Shown one piece after another: positions 12,986-26,423 of a stretch of DNA of 64,000 nucleotides. The first letter of the stretch is position 1, and every line of letters starts with the position of its first letter. Source of the stretch: Trichosphaerium sp. ATCC 40318 (Eukaryota; Protista; Tubulinea); the NCBI GenBank assembly GCA_038496445.1, contig JALMLS010000231.1:62001-126000 (forward strand), in the 5' to 3' direction. Position numbers and translations under genes: made by a program. The notes below the pieces were generated by a model. The model worked only from the letters and a program-made list of their open reading frames with translations, was not told the DNA's origin and searched no databases.

Positions 12986-15900
12986 TTATCTGTTTCTATT
13001 CCTTGCTCTTTTCTTCTTATTATTTTTCTTCCCTTTACCGCCTCTGAATACCTTATTTCCAGGTTTATTTTCCCAAACCAACAATCGCATATCATCGACA
13101 CTAGGCATCACAACTTAGTTTCAAAACGAAAACAAAAAACAGAAAGAAATAAGAAAAACTACAACTGCCATTTTTCAGACATGTCTCTCTGTCTGTAATA
13201 GTTTTTATAGGTTGAATATAAACATACCGTATTGTTGCTTGTCCTCCCATTCCTATTCGATGGTATGGGTGATAAATCTTTATTCTCTGACCTGGTTTAA
13301 AGTAACTTTCAATCTTGTTTTTGTCATCTGTAAAGTTATATATTGAGACTCTTGTGATATTTCCGTTTTGGTCTTTTGCACATGTATGTATTCCACTAGC
13401 ATATACACCAGTAGATAGAAGTTCTAGACGAAGATAACTAATAATAAGTTAGAGAGAAATTGACATTTTTGAATTTCTTCCAAAAATAGATTCAGGCTAA
13501 ACCAAAATCCAAATACCACAAGCAGCAACGATGTGAAGGGAATAATATTAACAGTAAATACTAATATTATATCCCCTCTATAAATTTTACATCATGTACT
13601 ATTGGTACTGAATAGGTTGTGAGCAGAATCAATTGGGTTTTGGATTTTTATGTTTTTTGTGTTGTCAGATTTTATTACCGTTTTGGGTATTTCTTGTCGT
13701 GATGAGGAGATATTTCATTAAGAAATATTAGAGTATCCATCTTATAATTTGGTCTTCCGGTACTTACCTTGAAAAAGAAACAGTAAGTAACAGTAGTAGC
13801 CAGACAACATGTTAGTTTTTTGGGTTTTTTTCGAGAAAAGTTCTTTTGGAGAGCAAGCTTACGTACACCTAGCCGAGGTTGAAAGTTGCTTCTTTTCATA
13901 TAATTATGTCCTGCTGATAGCTGTCTTTCCAGTTGAGCAAATTCGTTCAAAATCTGGTTAAGTAGAGTCGCTTTTGTTAAAAATAAGTAAAGTTCATCCA
14001 AGTGACTAGAAATGACTAATCTTACGTGTTGCTACTGGAGCGAAAATCTCATCTTCAGCTTTAGGCTCATTAAATGAACCACCTGGAACTGTTTCAGCTT
14101 TTGGTAAGACACTGAAAGGGTCCTAAAGATGATAACAGTAAGTAAAATACAATTACACGAAATAGAGTCTATTTGTGTTGTATGGAAAGCATTGCTTAAT
14201 AAAGACATCAACACGAGATCTGAGATCCTTGGTTTACCCTGTAAACGTGTGTACAGTCCAAGACTTGGATTGGTATGTTTTTGCTTGTTGAATGCTTGTA
14301 AACACTGAAATTTATCAACGTACACTAGTTTTCCCTCCTGTTTGTTTTGCCATTGACAAGGATACTTCTAGCAACTTCTTTGGTGGATAATCTGCAATAC
14401 TTGGCCAGAATGGAAACATGTGTTCCTCGGCATCGTGTCCGATATCCAGAAGCTCTTGTGCACGTTTATTATTACCAAGCTTTATTTCAATGAGTCCGAG
14501 ATCATAGTTAGCTAAATAAAAAGAGTTAGCACTCAACAGAGCTCCAATGATGTCCAAAAAAAGAAAAGAAGTTGCATTCAATGAATAACGTTGCAACGAA
14601 ATGATTGAGTAATAGAAATGAGTTAATATAAAGTTTCTGTTCCATACCATCTGGGTATACACGTGAATAGTATTCTAAACTATCTATAAATTTTATATAA
14701 TCTTCACGTGCTGCCATGAGAAGTTCTCGTTGTTTTTTTTTGTTTGAACATGTTTGTGATAAATCAAAGCATGCCTTTCCTCTATTCCGAAGTAGGTCAG
14801 TCCTTTGTGGATGACTCTAAATAATAATTAGTATTTTAAAGTTCGCTTTTAATTTACAAAAACTGTAAGAGCACAGTGCTAGTGAAATATGACGGAGAGG
14901 AGCTTTAAGTTTGGATTTTGTACAAAAGTTGCATAGCGTACTTGTAGAACAGAGTGTGACCACCTACGCATCTTTTCGCTCTCTTTTTGAAACAAATATG
15001 CTGTAGCAATAAACAAAGCAAAGAATTGCTCCTCAGGATGTGCCTCTTAAAGAGAGTTAGAATGAAGAAAAGAAAAAAACCCTTAAACTTTGATAAACGA
15101 TTGTAAAAATGTGTACCATGACAAGATGTAGCATAACGTATTGTTAATGGCCAGTTTTTGCTTGCCACAAATGTAATATATGTACTAGATAAATATTAAC
15201 CCAAAATAGGAGTATGTATAAAGTTTAAAGTTGAGGACAGCACAAGGTTGTAAAAACAGAAAAAAAAGTTTCGATGAAAAAAAAAAAGAAGAAGAAAGCC
15301 ACGCACTTCAGTACCATTGCATCCACGTTATTGTTGAATTTTGCTTGTCTAACAACTTCATATAAACGCATCATATTCTGTGGGTACAGTTCAAGACAAA
15401 TAGTATCAACACGAAGTGCAAAAGCAAAATGAGCGATTGCTTCTTCATACTGACCTTGACTTAACTCAACACGACCCTTCTCCAGATAATCAATCGCTTT
15501 ATAAAATTTTTCACCAACAGGTGATACCTTGCGATATTGTTCAAGATCCTAATCACAATAAAGTGAGCAACAAGTGGCTTAAATCCAGAAAATGGTCAAG
15601 AACTGGAAGGATCGAAAAAAGTTCAGTAATCAATAGTGCTCTTCCCCACCATCAGCAGCGATATACTACCTACACTCTTCCCTTGCGGTAAGAGCGTTTT
15701 AACGTATGTAATGTATGTAATATAACTGATTTATCGCTTACTGATGGCGAGAAAGACCACTGTTAGAATGAATAATACTGCTTATTTAACGTTCTTAAAT
15801 CGAGCACACACAAAAAAACTATTAAACAAAAACGTTCTTCGTACTTTTGTGTTGAATCCAGATGTTCCAAGCTTTTGTTTAATAGGAGCTATCTTTTGGC

Positions 15901-18298
15901 CACTTTGTTTGAGTAATTCTGTTAAAACCTTGGATGTCTCTTCTCCACCAGATAAGTTCATACCTTCCATTTGTCTTTGAATGATTCTCTCAGTTCTTTG
16001 TACTATTGTGTCTGTGCTTTTTGGCTTTATACCAAGCCTACGTTCTTGCATCCGTAGTTTTTGTTCATTAGCTTCTTCCTCAGCAATACGTTGATCAATA
16101 TCGCATTGAATCATTTCTTTCTCAGCTGGAAGGAATCCAGCATCTGATGCATGCTCATACCAAAGTTTTGCCTTCTTGGCACTTCTTTCAACACCAGTAC
16201 CATTAACATAGCACCGAGCCAAATTAACCATGCATAAGCCTTCCTTACCTTAACACAATCAGTATTTTAATATCACACGGGTCAAAGTTTTCCGAGCAGT
16301 TGGGGAGTGCACATGGCACAGAAATATTACTATCGGCGTACTCTCTTTAGCAGCTGTCATGAACAAGTCAAAAGCCTTTTTCTCATCACGTTTAACATAT
16401 AGATTGCCGTACTGATGTAGAATCCCAAGGTTATTATAAGACGCTGAATAATAGTAAGAACAAAAACAACACAAAGTTCTCCGTATTAAATCTTGCTTAC
16501 GGTAATATTTTACTGCAACACCAAGTTGGTAGTGCGCGACTGATCTCATCACATCAGCCTCTACACCAACACCATTTTCATAGCACAAACCAAGTGCATG
16601 TGAAGCTCTTCCTACAGCTTCATTTCTTTCATCTCCTTCCGGAAGATCTTCAGCGATTTGTAGAGACTGAACAAGACAATCAAACGACTTCTTAAAGTCT
16701 TGTTCTACGCCAAGACCTTTTCTATACAGTAGCGCCTTCAGAGGTATCATTAAAAGGAACCGATCATTGTATGAGCGTTAATAAACACGTACAAGCTGAT
16801 ATAATGATTCTGCACTTCCCAGCTCACCTCCTCGTTTAAATTCAGCAGCTGTAGTTTTATAATCTTGCTCGTAGCCTTCCTACAAATACAAGTCAGAATT
16901 GAAGGTAATTGACTCAATAAATTGCACGTACAGCACCGTCTCGATGAAGAAATCCCAAAAAATTATGACGTTGTGCTCCTGGAAGGTTCTTTAGGTCTGG
17001 TGCAGGAACGTTAAAGCCTGAAGTCTCCTTAACCTAAAAGTGGAGAGTGACTTAAAATGTACAGGTTTTTCTTCAAGTCTTACTCTTTGTTTGTCTTCTT
17101 GCCAAGTTGTCTCAGTAAATTGATCATAACGTGCGTGTTTTTGTTGATGGTATACACACTTTTCTTTGTGCTTGATTATTTGGTTCTTTACTGTAGCGTC
17201 TGGACCAAGTAGTAGAGCATAATCAAAAGCTAAAGAGTATAAACTTCGTTATGTACTTTTTTTGAGCAATTGTTAAAAGCAAAACGTGTGGAAGTCAAAG
17301 GTCACCTTTGATTGCTTTACTATGCTGGTTCAACTCTCTGTATGCAAGTCCTTTTCTTATCTTAGCTTTTACCCACCTTGGTCTTAGGTTACAAGCAACT
17401 TTTGCATCAGTCAAAGCTTGCTCATATTGCTTGAGGTTAAGATACGCTGCGCTCCTAAAATCTTTTTGTTAGCTTTTGTTTCTCGAACAACCACCACAAG
17501 CTTGCCTGTTTGAGTAAATAACAGCAAGTTGCGTTAATGGTAGATCATCTTGTAGCCTAATAGCTGCGGTATAGAACTTAATAGCATCAATCAATTTTCC
17601 TTTCCCAAAAGCGATATTTCCTTGTTTTTTAAGTTCTTCAGCATTTTGTTTGGGTTTTTCCGGGACATCATCATCCTCTAGTCCAATTAAGAACAACGTA
17701 CAATGTAGTTTACATACTAGATTTAAGTATGGAATCGATATCTTGTTGAGAAACACCAATGGTAACGAGAGCGCTTGACATTTCGTTCCATATTTTTTGA
17801 AACTGGTCTTGCGACAGGACTGATCCCAAGTGAGCAATCTTATTACGTCCTTCACGCACCTTGTGCGCGTATTAGATGCCTACAGTAAAGAATGCAAACG
17901 TACAGAGTCTATTCCGCCCAAATCAGAATTGAACTCGTTTAAACAACGTTGAGACCATAGTTCTCGCTTTGAAAGCAATGTACATAACATTGGAATGTCC
18001 CAGCTCGCTGTATTTCCTGTTTCCGCTTATTAAACTGTGACAGGCTGAATGTTATGTACCATCTTGTATGTGTTGCTTCGCACTTCTACCCAGTGACGCG
18101 TACACAGATGAGTATTTACTTTTAAACGAATTTCTACCGTCAGCCCATTTTACACCCTCTAATAGTTTCCATCGCGACAAAAATAGAGTTTGTAGGCGTC
18201 TACAGGCTAATTGCTGCAAATATGCGAGGTGCACCAAATTCTAACCAATGTTAGTGTATATTAATACCTATATTGCTCACATCCACGTCAGTGGTCAT
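12986..18298 (-). CDS. Large multi-exon protein: N-terminal DZIP3-type HEPN domain, TPRs, Sel1-like repeats, more TPRs, and a C-terminal OB-fold-like domain
   Basis: HEPN: WDIPMLCTLL...GIDS|VREGRNKIAH...QFQKIWNEMSSAL. TPR: AEELKKQGNIAFGKG, IYSNRSAAY. Sel1: LGLCYENGVGVEAD, NLARCYVNGTGVERS. C-terminus: DQNGNITRVSIYN...PGQRIKIYHPYHR...IRVDD. Some internal exons (13400-15200) are not fully resolved. Confidence 0.78.
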
Positions 18299-18581
18299 TG
18301 GTTGGTTTTAACGGCTGTTGTAATGGCACAACTGACTATTAAGAAAAAACATATCGCTTAAACTGTGAACTTAAAGTCGCCTGTAGAGCTCAGTGTTTGA
18401 ACTGCATTTTTTTTTCAGCTGTTGCAACTACAGCATAACATTTTTCATTCTTGAGGCGTTGACCGTCTTCATAACGCTTGAAGGCTTGGATTTGCGAGTA
18501 TCTGACAGTGACTTTGGCCAGCTAAGTAACCATTAACTCAACGTCAAGATACTCTTTGTGAGTGTATCAAAGAGTTGCAAC

Positions 18582-20863
18582 ATGGTTAAAAAAGTAAGCA
18601 GAAAACAACGTACTCGCAAGGTCTTGTTGATTGGACTAAGTGAACTTGTGAACTGCACATTTATTCATGCCTTTGTTGAAGTTTTCGGCTATTTTTCTGA
18701 TGTTTGGCAAACTTAGCTCTGTTATGCTAATAAGCTACTCCACATTCAAAACATACAACATACGAACGAAATGAACATTGATCCGTTGTATTTTGAGTCG
18801 TTGGAGGTTATAGCAGCAAAAAAATACCCTGACTATGGTAATATACTTGTATACGTTACGCAGCGTTCTAAACACGCGATAGGTAAGAGAATATCATTAT
18901 TGGTTGATGGAGATCGTGATTTGTCGAGAAACTGCTTTAAATCTGATACAGCTTCTATCAGGATACCTAGTGTAGATATAGACGTACGTTGGCCTATTTT
19001 TAGTTCTATGGCCTTTAAATGTTTGTGTTATTGCCAAGGACATCTTTAAACTACGTCTAGTAATTAACTAGGGAAACGCAAACCGTTTTAGAGCATGTAA
19101 AACTTAGCAATAATTATTTTGTAATTCACTGAAATTACTTTCTAAATCCGGTTTAGGTACCCGAAGGCAAAGCCAGATTTGCGACTGTAAGAGATATTTT
19201 ACAGGAGATATATGATGATCTTAAAAAGTCGTCAAAGTACTTTACACAGCCCGCACATGTAGCAAAGTTTACGAAATTATTGTCTAAACTGGAAAACGTG
19301 CGAACAAAAACCATCATCTCAATCCTCTGAGGATTGACTGGTTTATAAATATATGCATAATCTCAAGAATATTGTAGACTATTTGCGGTGACCAAGCGTT
19401 GACAATTGTTATTGATGATCCGTTGGGAATCTCAGATATCGAAACTTTCAACAGTATGTTCATCAGCCCGAAAACCAGCTTGGTTGCATGTGATTTCTGA
19501 TATTTTTGTTTCAAGATGATACATCTCAGCTTGTTTCAATTGAAGAGCGCAAACGTACAGTTGAGGAATGCCGTGATCTTGGGATTCCTTATGTTGCAAA
19601 AATAAAGACAATAACTATTTCTGATCCAATGGAGGCAGCGGAAGTTATTGCAAAACTTGTCAAGAAAGCATCTAAGATTGTAGGATTTACTGGTGCAGGC
19701 GTATCAACAGGTAAGTCTTACTTCTATTTAAACATTATAATTCTGACACAAACGAAGAGTCTGGGGTGCCAGCGTACAGGACTCCAGGAGCAACCAACAA
19801 CATTTGGGATAGGTAACTTTTTGTTTCACGTGTTTTAAAACGAATGAGTCACAAGTTGTTTGCCTCTTTGGTTGAACTCAAAAAACACGTAGCTTTGTTG
19901 CTTACCTATTGCCTAGATATGACCCGACTGAAGTTGCAAACTATGATAAATTCAGAAACGATCAGGAAGCTAGAAAAAAGTACTGGAAGATGTATGCTGA
20001 CTTTCATCCATTGGTTTCAATAGCAAAACCTAATCCTGCACATACATTTTTTAAAGAAATCTGTGATATGGGTAAACTTCATACTGTTATCACCCAGGCA
20101 CGTGATTAATAGCTTTTTTACGTTGAGTTAATTACCCAACAGAATATTGATGGCCTTCATGGAGATGCTGGAGTACCAGCAGAAAAGTTAATTGAGCTTC
20201 ATGGCACAACAAGAACAGTGTCATGCTTGACCTGTGGTAAGTTTTGGTTATAGCTGCCGAGTCCCTTTGGGTTTGTTTTGATTTACTTACAAGACAATAG
20301 GATATAGAGTATCTACAAAAACATTGGAACCATATATTTTTGCTGAAGAGTATGATAAAATAGCTTGTGATTGTGGCGGTATTATGAAGCCAGATACAAT
20401 CTCATTTGTAAGTTGATTTATTCATGAGCTCTCTTTACTTACTTGATCTATAGGGTCAGAACTTGAAGCCTGAGAATATTAAGAATGCGTTTAAGGCTGC
20501 AGAAGAGACTGACTTGATGATTGTCATGGTATGCAACACTGTTGTTTTACTTGACCTCTGACTTTTGTTTGTTAAATAGGGCTCATCTCTTCTGGTTTCA
20601 CCAGCAAACAGACTACCAGAAAAGGCATTAGAGAGAGGTATACCAGTTGTATTGGTTAATATTGGTACAACTTCATTTGATCACATTGTGACAGTCCATG
20701 CTACAAGCAAGTGTGGTAATGTAATGCAGAAGGTAAGTTTTTGTCGCTCACTTGTTTGTTTCTCTAATGAACTTTACAGGTTATTGATAAAATCGTACCT
20801 AAACCAAAGCTAAATGCACATTTTTTACAATACTATACAGTCACACGTCAAGTAAAATGGTGA
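18582..20863 (+). CDS. Sirtuin (NAD+-dependent deacylase) fused C-terminally to a ZPR1 A/B-like domain; multi-exon; stop at 20855 or 20863 depending on the last intron
   Basis: Sirtuin: FTGAGVSTESG, TQNIDGLH, IELHGT, CxxC..CxC, MKPDTISFGQ, GSSLLVSPA. N-terminal part: RISLLVDGDRDLSRNCFKSDTASIRIP, RFATVRDIL, LTIVIDDPLGIS, ERKRTVEECRDLG (ZPR1-like). Confidence 0.87.
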
Positions 20864-21271
20864 CAAAGCGCTTTAGCAAATGCTACAATAAAATGTTTAG
20901 CACAAAGCCTAACAAGTTTTTTTCCATTGATTACATTGATAAACAGTTTGACATACCACTTTACTTCAACGTTTTGTTTGTCATCAACCCATATGGTCTG
21001 CAAGTTGTCCATTCTCAGGATTTAGATTTGCCATTTTATTTTGCCATCAATGCATGCTTTAATACTTTGACTGTTTAAATGATGTTCCACCAAAGGCAAA
21101 ACTTTTACATAACCAAAGTGGAGCTCTAGCCTATGAGCGCAGATTATCATTTTCATTTTAGCGAATTTCAATCTCGTTGACATACGCACGTGATTACTAA
21201 GGACAGTTCATTGAAATCTATTTGTAGTTTCCTTATAAACAACCATTTTAGCATTTGAACCGAAGAAACTG

Positions 21272-22226
21272 ATGACAGAACACAAAGTAGTAGTGTTGGG
21301 AGATGTTGGAGTTGGAAAATCGGCGCTTGTACTGCAGTTTGTGGCAAACCAGTTCAATGACGAATATGACCCCACAATAGAAGACTTGTACGCGGTATAA
21401 TGCGTTCTAGCTATTCAATTGCCAATTGCTTTTTTTGTCACTAAACGAATAGTTACACCGCCTTTAGGTTCCGTAAAGGAAGCATTGTTGATGATCAAGT
21501 GCTTGTTATGGATATTCTAGATACAGCAGGAGGAGGCGACTCTTCTGCACTGCGTGAGCCTGTGTGCGATACTTGATACGCTACAAACACCTCAACTAAC
21601 TTTTTGTAGTACATGAAAGCAGCCTGGGGATTTTTGCTTGTTTATTCAATTTCAAGCCGTGCATCTTTTGAGTTGATACCAGAGTTTTTCAACAGAGCGA
21701 AAACGTACGTTAGGACCACGTGTCAGAAAAAAAAACAAAAACGTTTTTTGATTTTATTATCGGATTTCTACTGTCTGTGCTTTTGTTCCGTACGGACCTC
21801 AGAGTACGTATTGTTACCCGTATCAATCATATCAGAGTACTTATATTGCATACCTTTCTTGTAGAAGCCGTATAGGAACGTAAGTCATACGTGCAGTTAG
21901 GAAAGCCAACAAAACAATAATTTTCAAAATTGTTTATACTTACTGACAAGATTTCAACACTAACTGCGTTCAGAGCCAAGAATGGAGAGCCATTTGGCTG
22001 CATGTTGGTAGGTAATAAACAAGATTATTGCGATGAACAAAGACAAGTTAGTACGGGAGAAGGACTTGAGTTTGCAGAAAAACATGGAACTGGTTTTTTG
22101 GAAGCATCAGCTAAAAAACGTATAAATGTGGAACAATCTTTTTATCAACTTGTACGAGAGATTCGAAAAGTAATGGAAATACCATCACCTGCTCCCATCC
22201 AGAAAAGTCGTTGTACATTGGTATAA
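21272..22226 (+). CDS. Ras-family small GTPase with atypical P-loop/switch II and CAAX (CTLV); 4 exons
   Basis: [48 protein letters not shown]. Confidence 0.93.
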
Positions 22227-22859
22227 CAAAAAACAAATCCAAGCTCTATTTGGTACTAATCTTATGACCTAATCTGAATCTTATTGGACAAAAAGATTCA
22301 CTTGTTTGAATATCCAATCCATAACTACCCAAAGCGGAGAAATTCTCGCAACATATTTGGCATTTGTACAAGAAATATTAAGTAGATAAAACGCGTTGAT
22401 TTTTCTGATATTTAGAAAAAACACAAACGAGAAAACAAGTTTAACTATTTCTGTTGAGCCCGTTTTATAGATTTATTGGATTTATTGTGTGAGTTATCCG
22501 AATAGTTTTTCCGAAAGTTCATTGTTTCTCCAAAATAAACGTGATACAAGCCTAAGCGACAAATGATTATCAAGTACATTTTATTGGTGGTCATTCTATG
22601 CGTGGAACTGTCTCTTTCGGGTACGACATTAATATTAACTACTATCCGCCCGAGGATATAATTTAACCATAAAAGTACAGGAAGCTTGTACATTTTCGCG
22701 TTTGCGAGAATTTTGAGCCAAAACAACTCATTAATTTTCAAAAAAGCCTTTTTTAGCCACACCATATTATTGTTGATTTAAGGGCTCTCTTTTTGGGACG
22801 ATTTAAAAAAATCTTTACTCGCCCAGCACAGATTTATTGATTTTTTTTTTATATTTAGT

Positions 22860-24915
22860 CAGTTGTTTTATTTTTACACTTGCCTAGACACAAGAATTTC
22901 ACTCCCACATGGAGATATAGATGATTTCTTATGGCTCGAAAATGGTAACTTGCTTATTGTTGCATCGGACAAACTGTTTTCCACTACCACTGAAGGTACG
23001 TAACTTATTGATCATTCGACCTTACTAAAACGTTTTAGGAGATGTACTTTTTTATACGAATATTACTGAGTGTAAACACACATCCCACTGTGAGTCTTAC
23101 AAATTTTGCGCTCTTTTAACACTGTCAATAGCTCTAGCGGTTCGAACTGATTTCGTATATATGACAAGTTGTGCTAGTAATGACATTGTACGACTACTAC
23201 TAGTAACGTTATTTAATCTCTTATTAGCAAGTATTCAAGATTGTCAATGAATCATTTGTATACTTCCAAGGGTTTAACGTAACCGAAAATCCTAGTAATA
23301 GCATGTCCTCGTCACTGGGTCGCGGTAAACACTTGTGTATGAGTCCTTCTAAAGAAAGTATGGCGGTTTCAACAAACGCAAATGTTTTCGTTTTCGATTT
23401 TAAGGGCCACCTTACAATCCCAACTTTTAACTCTTCGATTTCCAACGATGGTACAGGTTCTTCACAGGTAATAGTCCATTATCTAATAATTGACGTAATA
23501 ATTTGGATGTAGGGTTGCTCTTACCAGTCAGAAGAAGAATTATTATATGGACGCAGAGGCGAAGTCATAAAACAAAGTACACAATTCCAAGGTACTTTTT
23601 TTGACCATTTACTTTAGATGGGAACCAGGGAACTACAATCGTAGAAGAGAGTAAAATAGAAGGATTGGTAGGTAATATAAGATACAGCAGTGATACGCTA
23701 TTTGTAACCAGATATTTCAATGGTCCTTTACCGGCAGTATTACTCTTTAATACCTCAGGTAACTGATTGTTCATAAAACGTACCCATCATCCTAAACCAG
23801 CTACTAGGTGATTTATTCAATTTTTTTTCTGCCGGCAGAAATTTTTTGAATCTACCAACAGCAGACTATGGTCCCAATGACACAATATGGTATTCTTCTG
23901 GTCCTGATTTATACGCTAGAAACACATCGATGCTTCCATCTCCTGTAGCGCCAAGTACATTTTCAATACCGCCGTTTTCAATACCGCCGCTTTCGTTTCC
24001 AATACCGCCGCTTCCACCTTTAGATGTAATATGTTCAAACTTATCTAAAATATTTCCTGGTTTTTTCAACAATTGCTCTTGTGAAAATATATTGGGTGGT
24101 AATATTTGTCATCTGTTTGGTGACCTTGTTATACCTAAAGATTTGGAAATGGATACTACTAATATGATCATCGATGGTACCAAACACTTTATTTATTATT
24201 GAATAGACAGTCATATGAAAACAACTAGTAGAGCTATTGCGGAAATGAACGTATATTTTCTTACTTTCAGTGAAAGTATAAAAGTGTTTCATATGACTGT
24301 GCTTTTGTACTTTTATATCTATTAAATAACTTCATACTATAGGTGGTGTTATTTTTAACGAAAACAGCACACTAGAGGTTAATGGAGAAGTCAAATTTAC
24401 AATTACTCAATGTCCTACTTTGGAAGGTAAAAAATAGCATGATGTTTAGATATTTACTTGTCTCAACTTATTCTTCGAAATAGGAGGCACTATATCTCTC
24501 GATAATGATATAGATATTCCAGAAAATTCTACGTTTATTGAGACACAAGCGACGGACTGTGTTATAAAGGAAGTGCCCAAAGTGAAGTTCAAAAACGAGG
24601 ATTGCCGAGAAGCAAGTCTTGTTTCAGGTACACGTAATTGTAGTTTGTTTATTGGTACTCACACGTGTTGTTTAAGTTGATGGTGGTAACAGCTTAAATC
24701 TTGTCATAACATCTGATGGTTGTTCCGATACTAGTAGCTTCAGTAGTAGCAATTCTGCCGTTATCATTGGAAGCGTTATTGGCGTTGTGGTTGTGATTGC
24801 TATAGTTCTTATTATCGTTGGTATTGTATTGAAACCAACGTGGTTATTCCCGTACTCAACAAGGCCAACAAACAACGCTGCTGCAGCAGTAGTTGAAGTC
24901 GCATTGGAAGAATAA
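22860..24915 (+). CDS. Putative single-pass cell-surface protein (beta-rich ectodomain, Pro-rich linker, Cys-containing juxtamembrane domain); start not resolved
   Basis: Chain of spliceable exons, a Pro-rich FSIPP repeat near 23960-24020, and the TM segment AVIIGSVIGVVVVIAIVLIIVGIVL before the stop at 24913-24915. Confidence 0.55.
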
Positions 24916-25340
24916 AAGATAATAAATAGCTCTGTATTTTCGCACACATGTAAAGAGACTTCGTAAAATCCACTCATTGGTGGCCTTTCAAAAATTATCC
25001 TTTCGTTATTTATTTTTGTCACTCAATAATAGTTTTAATAAAACACTTTTGGCTCAAGTTTTTCCATACAGGCCCCAGTAATACCACAACAGTCATGGGA
25101 GCTACTACAACAAGACAGATTTATGTTTTAACACCTGCAAGTACAGCAACCCAATCATCTGTTACATTTGTTCATGAAAAGATTGTTGTACTGCTAGCTG
25201 ATACAACTTACTTTATTAATTCGTACATATACTGGGAACAACAACTTGGTAACCATAGGCTACGTTCAAGTGTCTTCTCAGTATAAAATACGTTATGTAC
25301 AAGCTGGGTATTGATTACTTTGTAAACGAAAAAGGTGAAG

Positions 25341-26132
25341 TCAATGTAAATTACTCAATGAAGCACGTGAAGGCCAAAAAGTTACTTTCATTTCACCTCT
25401 AACACCATTTTTGTAATAACATTTAGTAGCAAGTGGTGAATCTGCATTACACACTATGCTTACACCATGTAGCTTCCCACGAACATATGTAGCAATCCTC
25501 TCTACCTTTCCATTATCATGCCACCAAGTACAAGTGCCGTGAGGTACATTTTTGTTGTAAGTTCCAACAAACCTAAGTTCGCCACCAGAATACCACTTCT
25601 TTACCTTACCCTCCTTCATGTTATTAATATAATTACGCTCAGATTGTTTTCGGCCATTCTTATACCAACCGTTTGAAGAACCAGTCTTCTCACCATTGGA
25701 AAAATAACAAACTTTACTTTTTTCTCCTGTTTTGTACCTAAGATTTTCTTAACGAGTTTATACGTTTATTCAATCGCGCACGTGCGCGAGAGCTTCAAAT
25801 TTGAGTGTCGATAACGAAACTTGACGTACCACCGAAACCAGTTACCCCTTTTTCTAAGCGTACCATCGAATCTTGAGCATAGAGCAAATCCTTTACACAA
25901 CAGTGGCCATTTTTGCCGAGTTTCATTTTCAAGGTTATAAATATGTTCTAATAGCTCTAGAGGCATTGATAACAGGCTATTGGTATCACTAACGGCGTAA
26001 ACAAATAGAATTACACCAACATTATACAATGCTTACCTGTACATACTAACTCTTGTGTTGTGACGCCTGTTTGTTGAGATTTTGATGGCGTCAAAACGCT
26101 TCCGCTAGAATGTGCACGTGATTTATTACCAT
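25341..26132 (-). CDS. F-box-like + MORN-variant (MORN_2) repeat protein, paralog 1
   Basis: SLLSMPLELLEHIYNL...LLCKGFALCSRF then G..WY..G repeats (EGKVKKWYSGGEL, HGTCTWWHDNGKV). The exons splice in frame. Confidence 0.75.
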
Positions 26133-26423
26133 CTTGATTTCTTGTCGTTTTATTGAGTGCTTGTATCCCGTTATGATGTCTGTATCGCATAACAGTAGAC
26201 TGTAAAAGCCGTGAAGAGCGTACAATGCACTTTTACGAAAAACAGTCCTGACGCTGCTGTTAGTTCTAGGATAGCCCGCATCTGGTAGATACCATTAGAA
26301 TATGTTTATTAGCTTGGATTGAACGCATGGGTTGAGATAAATAAGCAACTCAAGCGGATTTTTTTGGAGTTCCGAGTCAGTACGTTTCTCACCTTTCAAA
26401 CACATTTGTGGCTATCAGCAGTG

